From Bacillota bacterium (GTDB taxonomy: Bacteria; Bacillota; Negativicutes; Sporomusales; Sporomusaceae), in NCBI GenBank assembly GCA_023443285.1, contig JAEZVB010000128.1, positions 3,385-67,384 on the forward strand: a DNA stretch of 64,000 bases. Direction: 5' to 3'. Positions 27,028-36,610 of this stretch are shown here, in pieces. Numbering within the stretch: the stretch's first letter is position 1; the number at the start of each line of letters is the position of its first letter. A model generated the notes under the pieces. It had not been told where the DNA came from. It saw nothing but the letters and a program-made list of their open reading frames with translations, and searched no databases. The position numbers and the translations under genes were made by a program.

Positions 27028-29250
27028 ATGAATATATCGGATAATGCTGTTAAGGTTTTGGAAAAGCGTTATTTATCAAAAGATGAAACTGGCCGGTTTT
27101 TAGAAGATGTTGACGGGATGTTCCGCAGAGTTGCCAAAGCTGTCGCCAGTGCAGATGCTTCCTATGTTTCGATGGTAGAGGTGCAAAGCATTGAGCAGGA
27201 ATTCTATGAAATGATGACAAGTCTGGAGTTTCTGCCGAATTCACCGACCCTTATGAATGCCGGCAGGCCTTTGGGACAATTAAGCGCATGCTTTGTACTG
27301 CCAATTGAAGACACTATGGAAGGCATCTTCGAAGCACTAAAAAATGCTGCTATGATTCACAAAAGCGGTGGCGGAACCGGTTTTAGTTTTTCGCGGCTGC
27401 GTCAAAAGGGTGCAGCAGTAAATTCCACTGGGGGAGTTGCCAGCGGTCCGATTAGCTTTATGAAGGTATTTAATGCTGCCACCGAAGCGGTAAAACAGGG
27501 TGGAACGCGCAGAGGCGCCAATATGGGCATTCTTAGGGTTGACCATCCTGATATTATGGAATTCATCACCTGCAAAAAGGACAATGCCGATATTACCAAT
27601 TTTAATATTAGTGTAGGCATTACCGAAGCCTTTATGAAAGCTGCAGCAGAAAACCAGGAATATGAGCTGATAGACCCGCATAAAAAAACGGTAGTAGGGA
27701 AATTGAATGCCAGCGAAGTATTTGATGTTATTGTGGATATGGCCTGGAGCAATGGCGAGCCGGGAATCATTTTTTTGGATCGCCTCAACCAGGATAATGT
27801 GACCCCCGAGCTGGGTGCGATTGAAAGCACCAACCCTTGTGGCGAACAGCCACTGCTGCCTTACGAGTCGTGCAATCTCGGTTCGATAAACCTAAGCTTG
27901 ATGATAAAGAACACCGGCAGCCAGCTTGCTGTTGATTTTGATAGAATTGGTGCAGTTGTCAAAAAAGCCGTGCACTTCCTGGATAATGTCATTGATATTA
28001 ATAAATATCCGTTGCCCGAAATCGAATTGATGACAAAAGGCAACCGGAAGATCGGTCTCGGCATTATGGGCTGGGCAGATCTGCTGTGTCGGCTGCGTAT
28101 TCCCTATAATTCGCAGCAGGCATTACACCTGGCCGATGAGCTCATGCGCTTTATCCAGGAACAAGCCAGAAAAGCGTCAATGGAGTTGGCTGAGCAAAGA
28201 GGGGTATTTCCTAATTTTGAAAAAAGCATCTATCACCAGCAAGGTATTAAAATACGCAATGCAACAACTACTACCATTGCCCCAACAGGCACATTAAGTA
28301 TCATTGCCGGTGTTTCAAGCGGTATTGAACCCGTATTTGCTTTGTCTTACATAAGAAATGTCATGGATAATGACGAATTAATCGAAACTAATCCCTTTTT
28401 CAAGCAAGCGGCAATCGACGGTCAATTCTATAGTGACAAGTTAATGCGGACAATTGCCACTAAAGGCTCAATAAAAGGGCTTGCTGAGATACCACAAGGG
28501 CTCCAGGAGGTCTTTGTTACCGCTCATGATATTTCGCCGGAGTGGCATGTAAAAATGCAGGCCACCTTCCAGAAATATACCGATAATGCTGTCTCGAAGA
28601 CCGTTAATCTCTGCAGCAAAGCAACCAGGGAAGATGTCAAAGAAGTTTTTAACCTGGCCAACGAGACCGGTTGCAAAGGGGTAACCATTTACCGGGACGG
28701 CAGCCGGGATTCGCAGGTGCTTAATATCGGCAAAGTCAATGTAAAAGAAACAACCGAGCCAAACCATGACGAAGCTAAGCAAGGCTTTTTGGCACCAAGA
28801 CCCAGGCCGGAAATAACTACAGGTTTCACCGAAAAAGTCAAAATTGGCTGCGGTACTATATTTATCACAGTAAACTATGATAAATACGGAATCTGCGAGG
28901 TCTTCACCAACACCGGCCGGGCAGGCGGCTGTCCTTCCCAATCTGAGGCTACGGCCAGGCTGGTATCGATTGCCCTGCGTTCTGGAGTCGGTGCCGGTTC
29001 GATCATCGATCAGCTAAAAGGCATACGCTGTCATTCGACAATCAGGCAGCAAGACTTAAAAGTGTTATCTTGTCCGGATGCGATTGGCAAGGTTATCGAG
29101 AAGGTGATGAAATTGCAAAATGGTGATAAGGGGGAAGCTGATAATCATTGTTCTGTAAATGGAAACGCCTGCCCCGAATGCGGCAAGATGGTTGAATATG
29201 AGGGTGGCTGCGTAATTTGCCGGAATTGCGGGTTTAGTAAGTGCGGGTGA
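27028..29250 (+). CDS. nrdJ: adenosylcobalamin-dependent (class II) ribonucleotide reductase
   Basis: 740 aa with LPNSPTLMNAG, SACFVL, GGGTGFSFS.LR, NPCGEQPL and TIAPTG. It ends in a C-terminal Zn-ribbon CPECG..C..CG. Confidence 0.95.
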   Translation: MNISDNAVKVLEKRYLSKDETGRFLEDVDGMFRRVAKAVASADASYVSMVEVQSIEQEFYEMMTSLEFLPNSPTLMNAGRPLGQLSACFVLPIEDTMEGIFEALKNAAMIHKSGGGTGFSFSRLRQKGAAVNSTGGVASGPISFMKVFNAATEAVKQGGTRRGANMGILRVDHPDIMEFITCKKDNADITNFNISVGITEAFMKAAAENQEYELIDPHKKTVVGKLNASEVFDVIVDMAWSNGEPGIIFLDRLNQDNVTPELGAIESTNPCGEQPLLPYESCNLGSINLSLMIKNTGSQLAVDFDRIGAVVKKAVHFLDNVIDINKYPLPEIELMTKGNRKIGLGIMGWADLLCRLRIPYNSQQALHLADELMRFIQEQARKASMELAEQRGVFPNFEKSIYHQQGIKIRNATTTTIAPTGTLSIIAGVSSGIEPVFALSYIRNVMDNDELIETNPFFKQAAIDGQFYSDKLMRTIATKGSIKGLAEIPQGLQEVFVTAHDISPEWHVKMQATFQKYTDNAVSKTVNLCSKATREDVKEVFNLANETGCKGVTIYRDGSRDSQVLNIGKVNVKETTEPNHDEAKQGFLAPRPRPEITTGFTEKVKIGCGTIFITVNYDKYGICEVFTNTGRAGGCPSQSEATARLVSIALRSGVGAGSIIDQLKGIRCHSTIRQQDLKVLSCPDAIGKVIEKVMKLQNGDKGEADNHCSVNGNACPECGKMVEYEGGCVICRNCGFSKCG

Positions 29251-29279
29251 GTAAGTAAATAAATAAGGTATTGTTACAT

Positions 29280-29320
29280 GGTAAGGAGACTTAGCGATAA
29301 GTTTTCCTTACCGTTTTTTT
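29280..29320 (+). terminator. rho-independent terminator of nrdJ
   Basis: Stem GGTAAGGA / TCCTTACC followed by GTTTTTTT. Confidence 0.75.
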
Positions 29321-29494
29321 ATTTATTGGGAAATTCATCATATGGTGTAGGTTTTATAACTGAAAACGAAATAACTAAGTGAAATAGAAATATTTGCAGG
29401 ATTTTTGCTTTTTATGGTAAAGAATAGAGGTAAATGTTTGTTGTGTATGGCGTGTTTACAAGCAATAACCATTCCGCTTAAGAAAGGAGCTCCT

Positions 29495-29731
29495 ATGATT
29501 ACATGCACTTATTGCGGCTATGAATGCCCGGATGATGCTCAAATATGCCCGAATTGTGGCAAGCCGATTATTAGGCTTATTGTGGATGATGAACCTGACT
29601 ATAACAAAATGGCTATGGATTTTCTTCAGAAAAGTGAACAAAAAGAGCCCCTGTCACAAAAAACTGTTATTAACATCGCTTGCGTGGTTCTGGTATTGGG
29701 TTTGGTAGCTTACACTGCTTTTGCAAGGTAA
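29495..29731 (+). CDS. zinc-ribbon protein with a C-terminal TM anchor (78 aa)
   Basis: RBS AAAGGAG. MITCTYCGYECPDDAQICPNCG gives a CxxC...CxxC motif, and the C-terminus has the hydrophobic segment VINIACVVLVLGLVAYTAF. Confidence 0.6.
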   Translation: MITCTYCGYECPDDAQICPNCGKPIIRLIVDDEPDYNKMAMDFLQKSEQKEPLSQKTVINIACVVLVLGLVAYTAFAR

Positions 29732-30251
29732 GTTAACATGGCTGTCTTTTAGTTCTCGCGCTGGTATGCCTGGAAGCTAAGACGGTTCGGTTCTTTTGCA
29801 TCTCGGGTGTTGAAGGGTGACCATATTGTTTGTAAATGTAGAGCAATTTTCAAGTAGATACCAGTGCTCAATTTGCTTTCTCCCTGAGCATAAGTGTGGG
29901 GAGTAAAAGGGGTCAAGCTTGACTTGTTTTAATGGATGACTTTTATATAAGATTACAAATTATTAATAAGTCAACGTATCAAAAGTCAAGCATGAACCCC
30001 GAGACATTAATCTGGTTCAGCATATTTTAAAATAACATGTTGATATCAAAATAGTAATGCCTCGTTTTCTGGACGAAAACGAGGCACTTTCTATAAGCAC
30101 AGTTAATGGGATGAGAATATATAACTACTGCTAACTTTATATGTGGATCTGTAAGGAACGCCAGCATTTGTACGAGACGTTCGATCATGCGTTAGCCGAC
30201 CGGCTGTATGAGGTCTGTTCTAATTACCTTGATACACCGATCTCTTGATTA

Positions 30252-30911
30252 TTAATTGGGCTTAATACAAGGGATAGAACCAATTTCACCACGGATAAAC
30301 TGACCTAGTAGGGTGCCCGTCTTTGTGGCTTCTTCCCATACTGGCTGATTCTCAACAGCGACACAATGCTCTGTGGAGGCTTTTATTTTGTTAGTAAACA
30401 CATGGGGAATCCCGCTGTTTTTGCAGTCATCCCCAAAACCACATGTGAGACAAGGCACATTTCCTTCGATAGCAAACTCAGCTACATGATGCATTTGTTC
30501 CATGTAAAGTTCCATCGCTATGGCACCTAGGGCTGCTTGTCTTGTTTCCTTAAATAACCCTGAAATGATAGAGATAACGTATTTGTTTGCATTCAGGCTA
30601 TGTAAATGCCGCATTGACCAGAGTCTTTCCAGAAAAGCTTTAGTGAAACCATCTAAAACACTATATGGTGTGTACCCGCCGATTACGAGAGCCTGAGCTT
30701 CCCGTACTTTATTTGCCAGTACTGGAAAATCATCATTGACTTTGCAGATATTATCTTCCACGCAGGCTTTACAGGCTAGGCAGGGCCGCACATTAAGATT
30801 ACTCAGCTTTATAAATTCGAAGTCTAATCCACTTGATTTCAGTACCTGCATTACTAAGCGATCAGTGTTGCTTTCGGGTACGGGGCTGCCAGAAATGCCT
30901 AATATTTTCAT
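30252..30911 (-). CDS. NAD(P)H-dependent FMN reductase / iron-sulfur flavoprotein (Isf-like)
   Basis: MKILGISGSPVPESNTDRL flavodoxin-like N-terminus and a CLACKAC...C Cys cluster. RBS GGAGGA before the ATG at 30911. Confidence 0.75.
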   Translation of the reverse strand: MKILGISGSPVPESNTDRLVMQVLKSSGLDFEFIKLSNLNVRPCLACKACVEDNICKVNDDFPVLANKVREAQALVIGGYTPYSVLDGFTKAFLERLWSMRHLHSLNANKYVISIISGLFKETRQAALGAIAMELYMEQMHHVAEFAIEGNVPCLTCGFGDDCKNSGIPHVFTNKIKASTEHCVAVENQPVWEEATKTGTLLGQFIRGEIGSIPCIKPN

Positions 30912-31008
30912 CAGTTCATCCTCCATATCATAGGGTTACTAAGTCGATTGGCACCAAAACCAGTATCAAGTAAGAGAGGAGTTTGCTGTTTTTTGGCTAC
31001 CCATCTGC

Positions 31009-31404
31009 TTAAACAGCCAATATTTTCTTTTCGCCTGACATTGTTTGGCATACTGCCTGGGTATTGTCCAAACAGAATATCTCAAACTTACCATCGCCCA
31101 CGGCGAACATTTTACCGAGAGCAGGCATTACTTCCAGAGCCTTCAGTTGTGTTTCCTCCGTAGTGCAGAACACCGCCTTGCCACAAATCCGAAGGGTATC
31201 ATAGTTGGCAGCAACACAGCAGATTTCCACATTAGGGTTGGCCGCAAGCTGCTTGCACATGTCTTTTTGATTTGAAGTACAAAAAGTCAGTTTTCCGTCA
31301 TATTCCATTACAAACCCCATTGGCCGAACATGTGGCAGATCTCCGTTTGTTGTTGCCAAATAAAACACCTTGTTTTCTTTTAAAAAGTCCAGAACCTCTT
31401 TCAT
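31009..31404 (-). CDS. pyridoxamine 5'-phosphate oxidase-family (split-barrel FMN-binding) protein
   Basis: 131 aa. The pattern FLKENKVFYLATTNGDLPHVRPMG is typical of small PNPOx-like proteins. Confidence 0.7.
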   Translation of the reverse strand: MKEVLDFLKENKVFYLATTNGDLPHVRPMGFVMEYDGKLTFCTSNQKDMCKQLAANPNVEICCVAANYDTLRICGKAVFCTTEETQLKALEVMPALGKMFAVGDGKFEIFCLDNTQAVCQTMSGEKKILAV

Positions 31405-31539
31405 TCTAAATCGCTCCTTTACATTCTTTTTTTGTTCTTTGATTAGCTTTATGATATTATTTTATTATAAAATCATTTCAAAACAAGTACGCAGTTTTTA
31501 TTGATAAAGTATGAAATACCATACTAAAGGAGAATATAC

Positions 31540-31929
31540 ATGAGCAAGAAGGCTATGGATGAAACATATACTGGAGAGAATCTACTTTGCCCGATTCGCT
31601 ATACTCTCAATGTTGTAGGGGGTAAGTGGAAGTTGCCAATAATCTGTATGCTCGCCAGCGGTCTGCCGACAAGGTACAGCAGTATTAAGCGTAAGTTGAC
31701 CGGTGTAACAAACATGATGTTGGCACAGTCACTAAAAGAATTAGAAGCGTCCGGAATTGTCCATCGTGAACAGTACAATGAAGTTCCGCCCAGAGTTGAA
31801 TACACGCTGACTGACAAGGGTAAAAGCATTATCCCACCCTTAGTGAACTTGGCGGAATGGGGTGCAGGCCATATGCAGGAGGATGAGACGTGCACGGCAT
31901 TCTGCGCTACATGTCAATCGATGAAATAG
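31540..31929 (+). CDS. HxlR-family transcriptional regulator
   Basis: CPIRYTLNVVGGKWKLPIICML....RYSSIKRKL.GVTNMMLAQSLKELEASGIVHR......PPRVEYTLTDKG. Confidence 0.9.
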   Translation: MSKKAMDETYTGENLLCPIRYTLNVVGGKWKLPIICMLASGLPTRYSSIKRKLTGVTNMMLAQSLKELEASGIVHREQYNEVPPRVEYTLTDKGKSIIPPLVNLAEWGAGHMQEDETCTAFCATCQSMK

Positions 31930-32059
31930 TAGTTTGTTTGGTAATGTGTCATGGGACGTTCTTCTGATCTCAAAATGGAATGAACTCACGAGTGCACAAT
32001 AATATGAGGGGCAAAAGCCGGCAAAAGGAAGCGAGGGGACGGTTCTTTGCTCCCTTGAT

Positions 32060-32582
32060 TATTGGCTTCAGCCAGTGGAGCGCGTGCCTTTTGCGCTCCA
32101 CAATAAACCACCCGCTATGCGGGTGCGGAAACAGAAGTTATACAAAAAATCACCTTATTCGGTATAATGTAGGTATGCTGGTGAGTATACCACCAAAGAT
32201 TAGCGTATCGGCATTTATGGGCTACCTGAAAGGGAAAAGTGCATTAATGATGTTTGATAAGCATGCAAATCTGAAGTACAAGTTTGGGAATAGGCATTTT
32301 TGGTCAGAAGGCTATTATGTAAGTACGGTAGGTCTTAATGAAGCAACAATAAAAAAGTATATTGAAGAGCAAAAAAAACATGACATAGTACTAGATAAAT
32401 TGAGTGTCAAAGAGTATGAGGACCCCTTTAAGGGGTAGCAGGTAATACAAAAACCCTTTTAAGGGTAGCAACGAGTCAAAGGTATTAAGGCTTGAACGAA
32501 GTGAAAGCCAGCGTCTTTAGGCGCTGGCCGGTAATTGCCCCTTATAGGGGCGAGCAAGCCACCCGTTTTACGGGTGATCCTG
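32060..32582 (+). mobile_element. decayed IS200/IS605-family element (truncated tnpA flanked by hairpins)
   Basis: Hairpins TGGAGCGC..GCGCTCCA and CACCCGC-TAT-GCGGGTG lie upstream (about 32084-32127). Hairpins CCCTTTTAAGGG, GCCAGCGTCTTTAGGCGCTGGC and CACCCGTTTTACGGGTG lie downstream. Boundaries are approximate. Confidence 0.55.
32175..32438 (+). pseudogene. tnpA: IS200-type Y1 transposase, C-terminal half only (HUH motif region missing)
   Basis: MLVSIPPKISVSAFMGYLKGKSALMMFDKHANLKYKFGNRHFWSEGYYVSTVG matches the C-terminal half of IS200 TnpA. The upstream 65 codons in the ORF track are unrelated sequence. Confidence 0.8.
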
Positions 32583-32583
32583 A

Positions 32584-33768
32584 CTATTGAACTGGATCAC
32601 CTAGCGTAAGGGTGTGTTTTTTGTTTCTGTAGGCGACGATGGCGGTTACTACGGCTACCGCGGCTATGAGTAAGGCACCGACGGCCAGTACGACTTCGTA
32701 ATCGAAGTATTTCTTAAGGGAACTGGACAAGAGGACGGAAAATATGATACCAGCCGAGCCGGAGGCGAGGAAGAAGGAGGTCGTGCGGGGAGAGGGCTTG
32801 GGGGTCTGGAAGGTGCCAAAGGAAATAAGGGTGGGGTAAAGGCTCGAATACGCGAAGCCCTTTATACCGATCAGCACCATCGCCTGTACGTAGGTCGCTG
32901 CGCCCAACAGGCCGAGATAGGCAATACTGGCGATAGTTGCGCTGACGATGATGTATTTGGCTAGCGATATCCTGGACAGGATGAAGCTGCCGGCCAGACG
33001 CCCGGTCGTAATACAGGTCCACCAAAGCGAAAGGGCGGCGCTTGCCATGACTACGCCGACCGCCAGGCGGTCCATCAGGTACTGTATAATCCAGTAGCCG
33101 AAGATGAATTCAGATATCATGAAGCAGAATACCGACAGGCCTGCCAGAAAAACATTGATGCTCCAGACGACTTCTGCTTCGTTGCGGCTGGCTTTTTTTG
33201 GCGCGAAGTTTTTCAACTGGGGGAGGAAGGTGCCGGCAATAACGGCCAGCAACATAACTGTGAGCGCATAGTATACTCCCTGCCAAGTGACGCCCCGGTC
33301 CAGCGCCAGGCCGGCTAACATCGGTCCGGCAATCGAGCCGACGGCATAGAAAAAGGTGACGGCGATAGATTTTGCCGCCCTGACTTTGGCGTCATAAAGA
33401 AGCAGGGTGACGTGAAAGGCTGACGGCAGCAGGATGCCCATGCCACAGCCGAAGAAGAACAGGAAGACCGTAAAGACGACCAGAGAGGGCGCGTTGGCGA
33501 AACAGATTATCGCCAACGCGGCAAGTGAGCAGTAAGCCCGCAGCAGGTTGCGGACACTGAACTTCTCCAGCATCCACCCGACGCTGAAAACGGAGATGGC
33601 GTAGGCTATCGAGTATACAGTGAAGCAATAGCCGATGACATAGTTTTCTACGGAAAATCCGTCCGCGATGTACTTGTTTACTAGGCCGGCGATACTGGCG
33701 GCGATGCCGAGGGTCAGTATCATGAAGTACAGGAAACCGTTAAGGACCATGTGATTGCTTCTGAGCAT
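32584..33768 (-). CDS. MFS transporter, substrate unknown
   Basis: 394 aa with about 12 hydrophobic segments. RBS GGAGGA 5 nt before the ATG at 33768; the longer start in the ORF track lacks an RBS. Confidence 0.8.
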   Translation of the reverse strand: MLRSNHMVLNGFLYFMILTLGIAASIAGLVNKYIADGFSVENYVIGYCFTVYSIAYAISVFSVGWMLEKFSVRNLLRAYCSLAALAIICFANAPSLVVFTVFLFFFGCGMGILLPSAFHVTLLLYDAKVRAAKSIAVTFFYAVGSIAGPMLAGLALDRGVTWQGVYYALTVMLLAVIAGTFLPQLKNFAPKKASRNEAEVVWSINVFLAGLSVFCFMISEFIFGYWIIQYLMDRLAVGVVMASAALSLWWTCITTGRLAGSFILSRISLAKYIIVSATIASIAYLGLLGAATYVQAMVLIGIKGFAYSSLYPTLISFGTFQTPKPSPRTTSFFLASGSAGIIFSVLLSSSLKKYFDYEVVLAVGALLIAAVAVVTAIVAYRNKKHTLTLGDPVQ

Positions 33769-33893
33769 ACAAATCCTCCGAATCTTTATTTGCTGCCCTG
33801 GTAACAGACAGCACAATTTCACGTTTTGCGAATTGTTAATATTTTCCGTTGCTTTTTACTCCCTGATCTGAAGAAGATATAAGTGATTAGTAA

Positions 33894-33945
33894 AGAAGAA
33901 ACAAAGATTGCAAATTAATTCTAACTTGCAATCTTTGTTTCTTCT
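33894..33945. repeat. perfect 20-bp inverted repeat with a 12-nt loop
   Basis: AGAAGAAACAAAGATTGCAA (33894-33913) and TTGCAATCTTTGTTTCTTCT (33926-33945). There is no flanking U-tract. Confidence 0.8.
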
Positions 33946-34002
33946 ATTATATAATAGCAATATAATAGAAGAAGCAAGGAAATAATGTGAAATACATTTA
34001 GT

Positions 34003-34262
34003 ATACAGTCCTTCCGAAGACGCATGTGAGTTTGCACTGCAAACGGGAACAAAGGAAGAATGGGATAAGCTTATTATCGAACACCTTAAGCTTGTCGGAC
34101 TTGATAGTTTTAAAAAAGGATATTCGGGGCAGTTAGCAGGTGGTATGCCTCAAAGAGTTGCGGTTGCCCGTGCATTAGTAACCGACCGGATATTTTACTT
34201 TTGGACGAACCGCTTGGTGCTTTAGACGCGCTAACTCGATTAAAGCTACAGCAAGATCATAA
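34003..34262 (+). pseudogene. ABC transporter ATP-binding protein fragment (signature motif/Walker B region only, frameshifted)
   Basis: ..[32 protein letters not shown] is followed after a 1-nt frame change by [24 protein letters not shown]. The Walker A region is absent and no start codon is present. Confidence 0.75.
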
Positions 34263-34378
34263 AGGAAGTTGGTCTTAAAATGGGAAAAATCCCAAAATAA
34301 ATCAACTGTTCTAAGAAAGCAACCACAACATTTAGGGTGTTACTTGTTTGTATATCCCAATATACTGTGTTTTGGCTT

Positions 34379-34394
34379 TGGCATGTTTTATGCA
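34379..34394 (+). promoter_or_regulatory. sigma-54 (-24/-12) promoter
   Basis: TGGCAT-GTTTT-ATGCA with GG-N10-GC spacing, about 50 nt upstream of the DUF2064 gene. Confidence 0.6.
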
Positions 34395-34446
34395 TATCTT
34401 AAAAGAATTATAGATAATGAGAATAGCAAATTGGGGGGATATTTCT

Positions 34447-35283
34447 TTGAAAAACGCAATTATTATATTTACGAAGGTGCCAAAGGTTGGGGAAAATAAG
34501 ACTCGGCTTACAACAGAACGCGGTGGCATTTTTACAGTGGAAGAAGCAGCGCAATTTTATGAAGCTTCCTTATTAGATGTGATCGAAAGCTGCATTGCTG
34601 CAAATTGCTGTGATGTTTATATTTGTATAAACCGGAATGGTAATAAGGACTATTTTAACAAAAGGATCGAGGCAGAATTTGGCAAAAACACGGTAAAAGA
34701 AATTTTTGCCGATAAAGGGCAATCGTTTGATCAAGGAATGCAATATGCAATCGATTACATATTTAAGGACAGAGCTGACCAAAGGTTAGCGGATAGTGCA
34801 TTTATCGTGGGTGGAGATACTCCGGCGCTTCAGCCTTCTACCATTCGTAAAGCAGTAAAGACGCTTGAGTTAATAGCAACTAGTGATGAAGCTTTCCAGT
34901 GTGCAAAACAGACCAAAATAGTAAATCCAACTATTGGCGCAGGAATAATAGAGTCTGTTGACCAAGAAGGCGGATTTAATCTAATTGGGTATACTTATTC
35001 CACGCCCTTTTCCTTTAATGGGGTTTTCTACAATTTAGACGGTGTGACTGCTTTGGATATGATTGCACGAAAAGCTGTGGAACGTGATATTCCAATGAAC
35101 TTGGTTGAAATGATTCCTGATATTGATTTGCCAGTAGATCTTGCCAGTTTGTTGCCTGTACTGAGCACTCTGCAGGTTGTAGGAAAATATGATTCTGATG
35201 TTAAGTTACCCACGCGGACAATAGAGTTTTTGGAAGAGATGGGCTTGCAAACATCTGCCCCGGTAACCGCAATTATTGATTAG
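34447..35283 (+). CDS. DUF2064 (TIGR04282-like, MobA-like GT-A fold) protein, paralogue 1
   Basis: Motifs AIIIFTKVPKVGENKTRL, GQSFDQGMQYA, VGGDTPALQ, EGGFNLIGY and DIDLPVDL are present. TTG start after GGGGGG aligns with paralogue 2; an alternative ATG at 34417 lacks an RBS. Confidence 0.7.
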   Translation: MKNAIIIFTKVPKVGENKTRLTTERGGIFTVEEAAQFYEASLLDVIESCIAANCCDVYICINRNGNKDYFNKRIEAEFGKNTVKEIFADKGQSFDQGMQYAIDYIFKDRADQRLADSAFIVGGDTPALQPSTIRKAVKTLELIATSDEAFQCAKQTKIVNPTIGAGIIESVDQEGGFNLIGYTYSTPFSFNGVFYNLDGVTALDMIARKAVERDIPMNLVEMIPDIDLPVDLASLLPVLSTLQVVGKYDSDVKLPTRTIEFLEEMGLQTSAPVTAIID

Positions 35284-35305
35284 TTTAGTGCTGTCAGTCC
35301 AATTT

Positions 35306-35512
35306 TTAAGCTATTATTCTATTCAGATTTTTATTTAATTCTTTTACTTCTCGTTTAATATCAGCAATAGTCTGAATTAATGCCTCCCGTTGCCGGCCAG
35401 GCGGCGTTTGGGCGAGGAGTCGCTGTTTGCGATGAAGTTGTTGATTAAGAGCTAGATATGTATTGATATCGCTGGAATAGTCCTTTGCTGTGGATTTACT
35501 TAAGAAGACCAT
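35306..35512 (-). CDS. small helical protein (68 aa), unknown function
   Basis: ORF lies downstream of a minus-strand sigma-54 promoter and has a K/R/Q-rich helical sequence. Confidence 0.45.
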   Translation of the reverse strand: MVFLSKSTAKDYSSDINTYLALNQQLHRKQRLLAQTPPGRQREALIQTIADIKREVKELNKNLNRIIA

Positions 35513-35609
35513 GAAATTACCCCCCCCATATTCAAAATGATACGTATAGTATCATTTTTTTTATTTTGCGACGTATAAGCAGAAAATTATGTGTTTATAT
35601 GTATATTAA

Positions 35610-35625
35610 GCAATATTCGTGCCAA
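35610..35625 (-). promoter_or_regulatory. sigma-54 (-24/-12) promoter
   Basis: The minus strand reads TTGGCAC-GAATA-TTGC, about 95 nt upstream of ATG 35512. Confidence 0.7.
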
Positions 35626-36266
35626 ATGTTTATAATGAGCAAATTTTAAACTTCTAGTTGCTGCGATTGCAAAAAAAAGAGTGTGATTTGCAATCGTAGC
35701 CTATTTAATATAGTAATTTGAGGTGTAAAGGTGTGGAAGAAAATATGAATTTGGATCTTAATCGATTGGTAGCAGAGACACTTTATCCAGGGGGACAGGA
35801 AACAAAAGCCAATCAGATTACGTTGTTAGATAATGAAATACAAATAGTTAAGGGGTTACGATATAAAAATTAGCGGTGAAGAGCTAGTAGGAAAATCTAT
35901 CAAACAGGGCATCATTGTTTTGCTTGTGTAGCGGGGGCTGGTAGCAGCTGCCAGGGAAGTTTAGACAACAAGGCAGTCTAAAATAAGGATTTGGTATACA
36001 GCGTAAATAGGAGCGATACTTATCACTGCAACGGCGACGGATGCTACTGATAGGTAGTGTGATTGAAATGTCTTAATTTGAGACAGAGCATATTAGCAAT
36101 AGTCAGAACAAAGATGTGTGATTATTCTGGAATTTTAGACATGCAATCTTTTTGTGAAAAAAAGCAGTCTCAAAATGAGACAGCGGTGCATTGGTTGTCT
36201 TCTTTTGATTCTTGACGCTATGCTACATCAATGTAATACTCATATTAGTAAAGGAGTGTGTATATA

Positions 36267-36533
36267 ATGGCTTTTACACTTATTGATGCAACGGCATTAT
36301 GGGATAAATTGAAAAAGGGTGGTCGGACTAGTTCGGTTAGCAAACTGGCAATGGATTTAGAGACCTACCAGTCTCACGAAGAACTAAAAGGTAAACTGCA
36401 AGACATTTTTAAGATGGCGGATGCTTCTTATCCTGAAACCTCTCATGTCATACATTTAAGAACTACTCTTTTATCGGCTCTGAGTCACATGGAGGCACAA
36501 GCTGGCCGAGGGCAAGGCTGCAGTAACTGTTAA
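36267..36533 (+). CDS. hypothetical protein (88 aa)
   Basis: RBS AAGGAG before the ATG; a TTGACG-16 nt-TAATAC promoter lies upstream. Confidence 0.5.
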   Translation: MAFTLIDATALWDKLKKGGRTSSVSKLAMDLETYQSHEELKGKLQDIFKMADASYPETSHVIHLRTTLLSALSHMEAQAGRGQGCSNC

Positions 36534-36610
36534 TATTTCAAATGTAAGAAAACGGTAAAGGCGTTATTAAGCTAGTTGTTGTTTAGCGAGTTCAGGGGGG
36601 GCGTGTAGTT

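Noticed and set aside
31980-32174. N-terminal 65 codons of ORF 31980..32438
   Set aside because: This sequence is unrelated to IS200 TnpA and runs through hairpin repeats. Only the part from 32175 is transposase-derived.
36121-36160. Possible sigma-54 promoter CTGGAATTTTAGACATGCA upstream of ORF 36267
   Set aside because: The GG and GC elements are separated by 12 nt where the -24/-12 spacing requires 10. A sigma-70-like TTGACG-16 nt-TAATAC is present closer to the gene.
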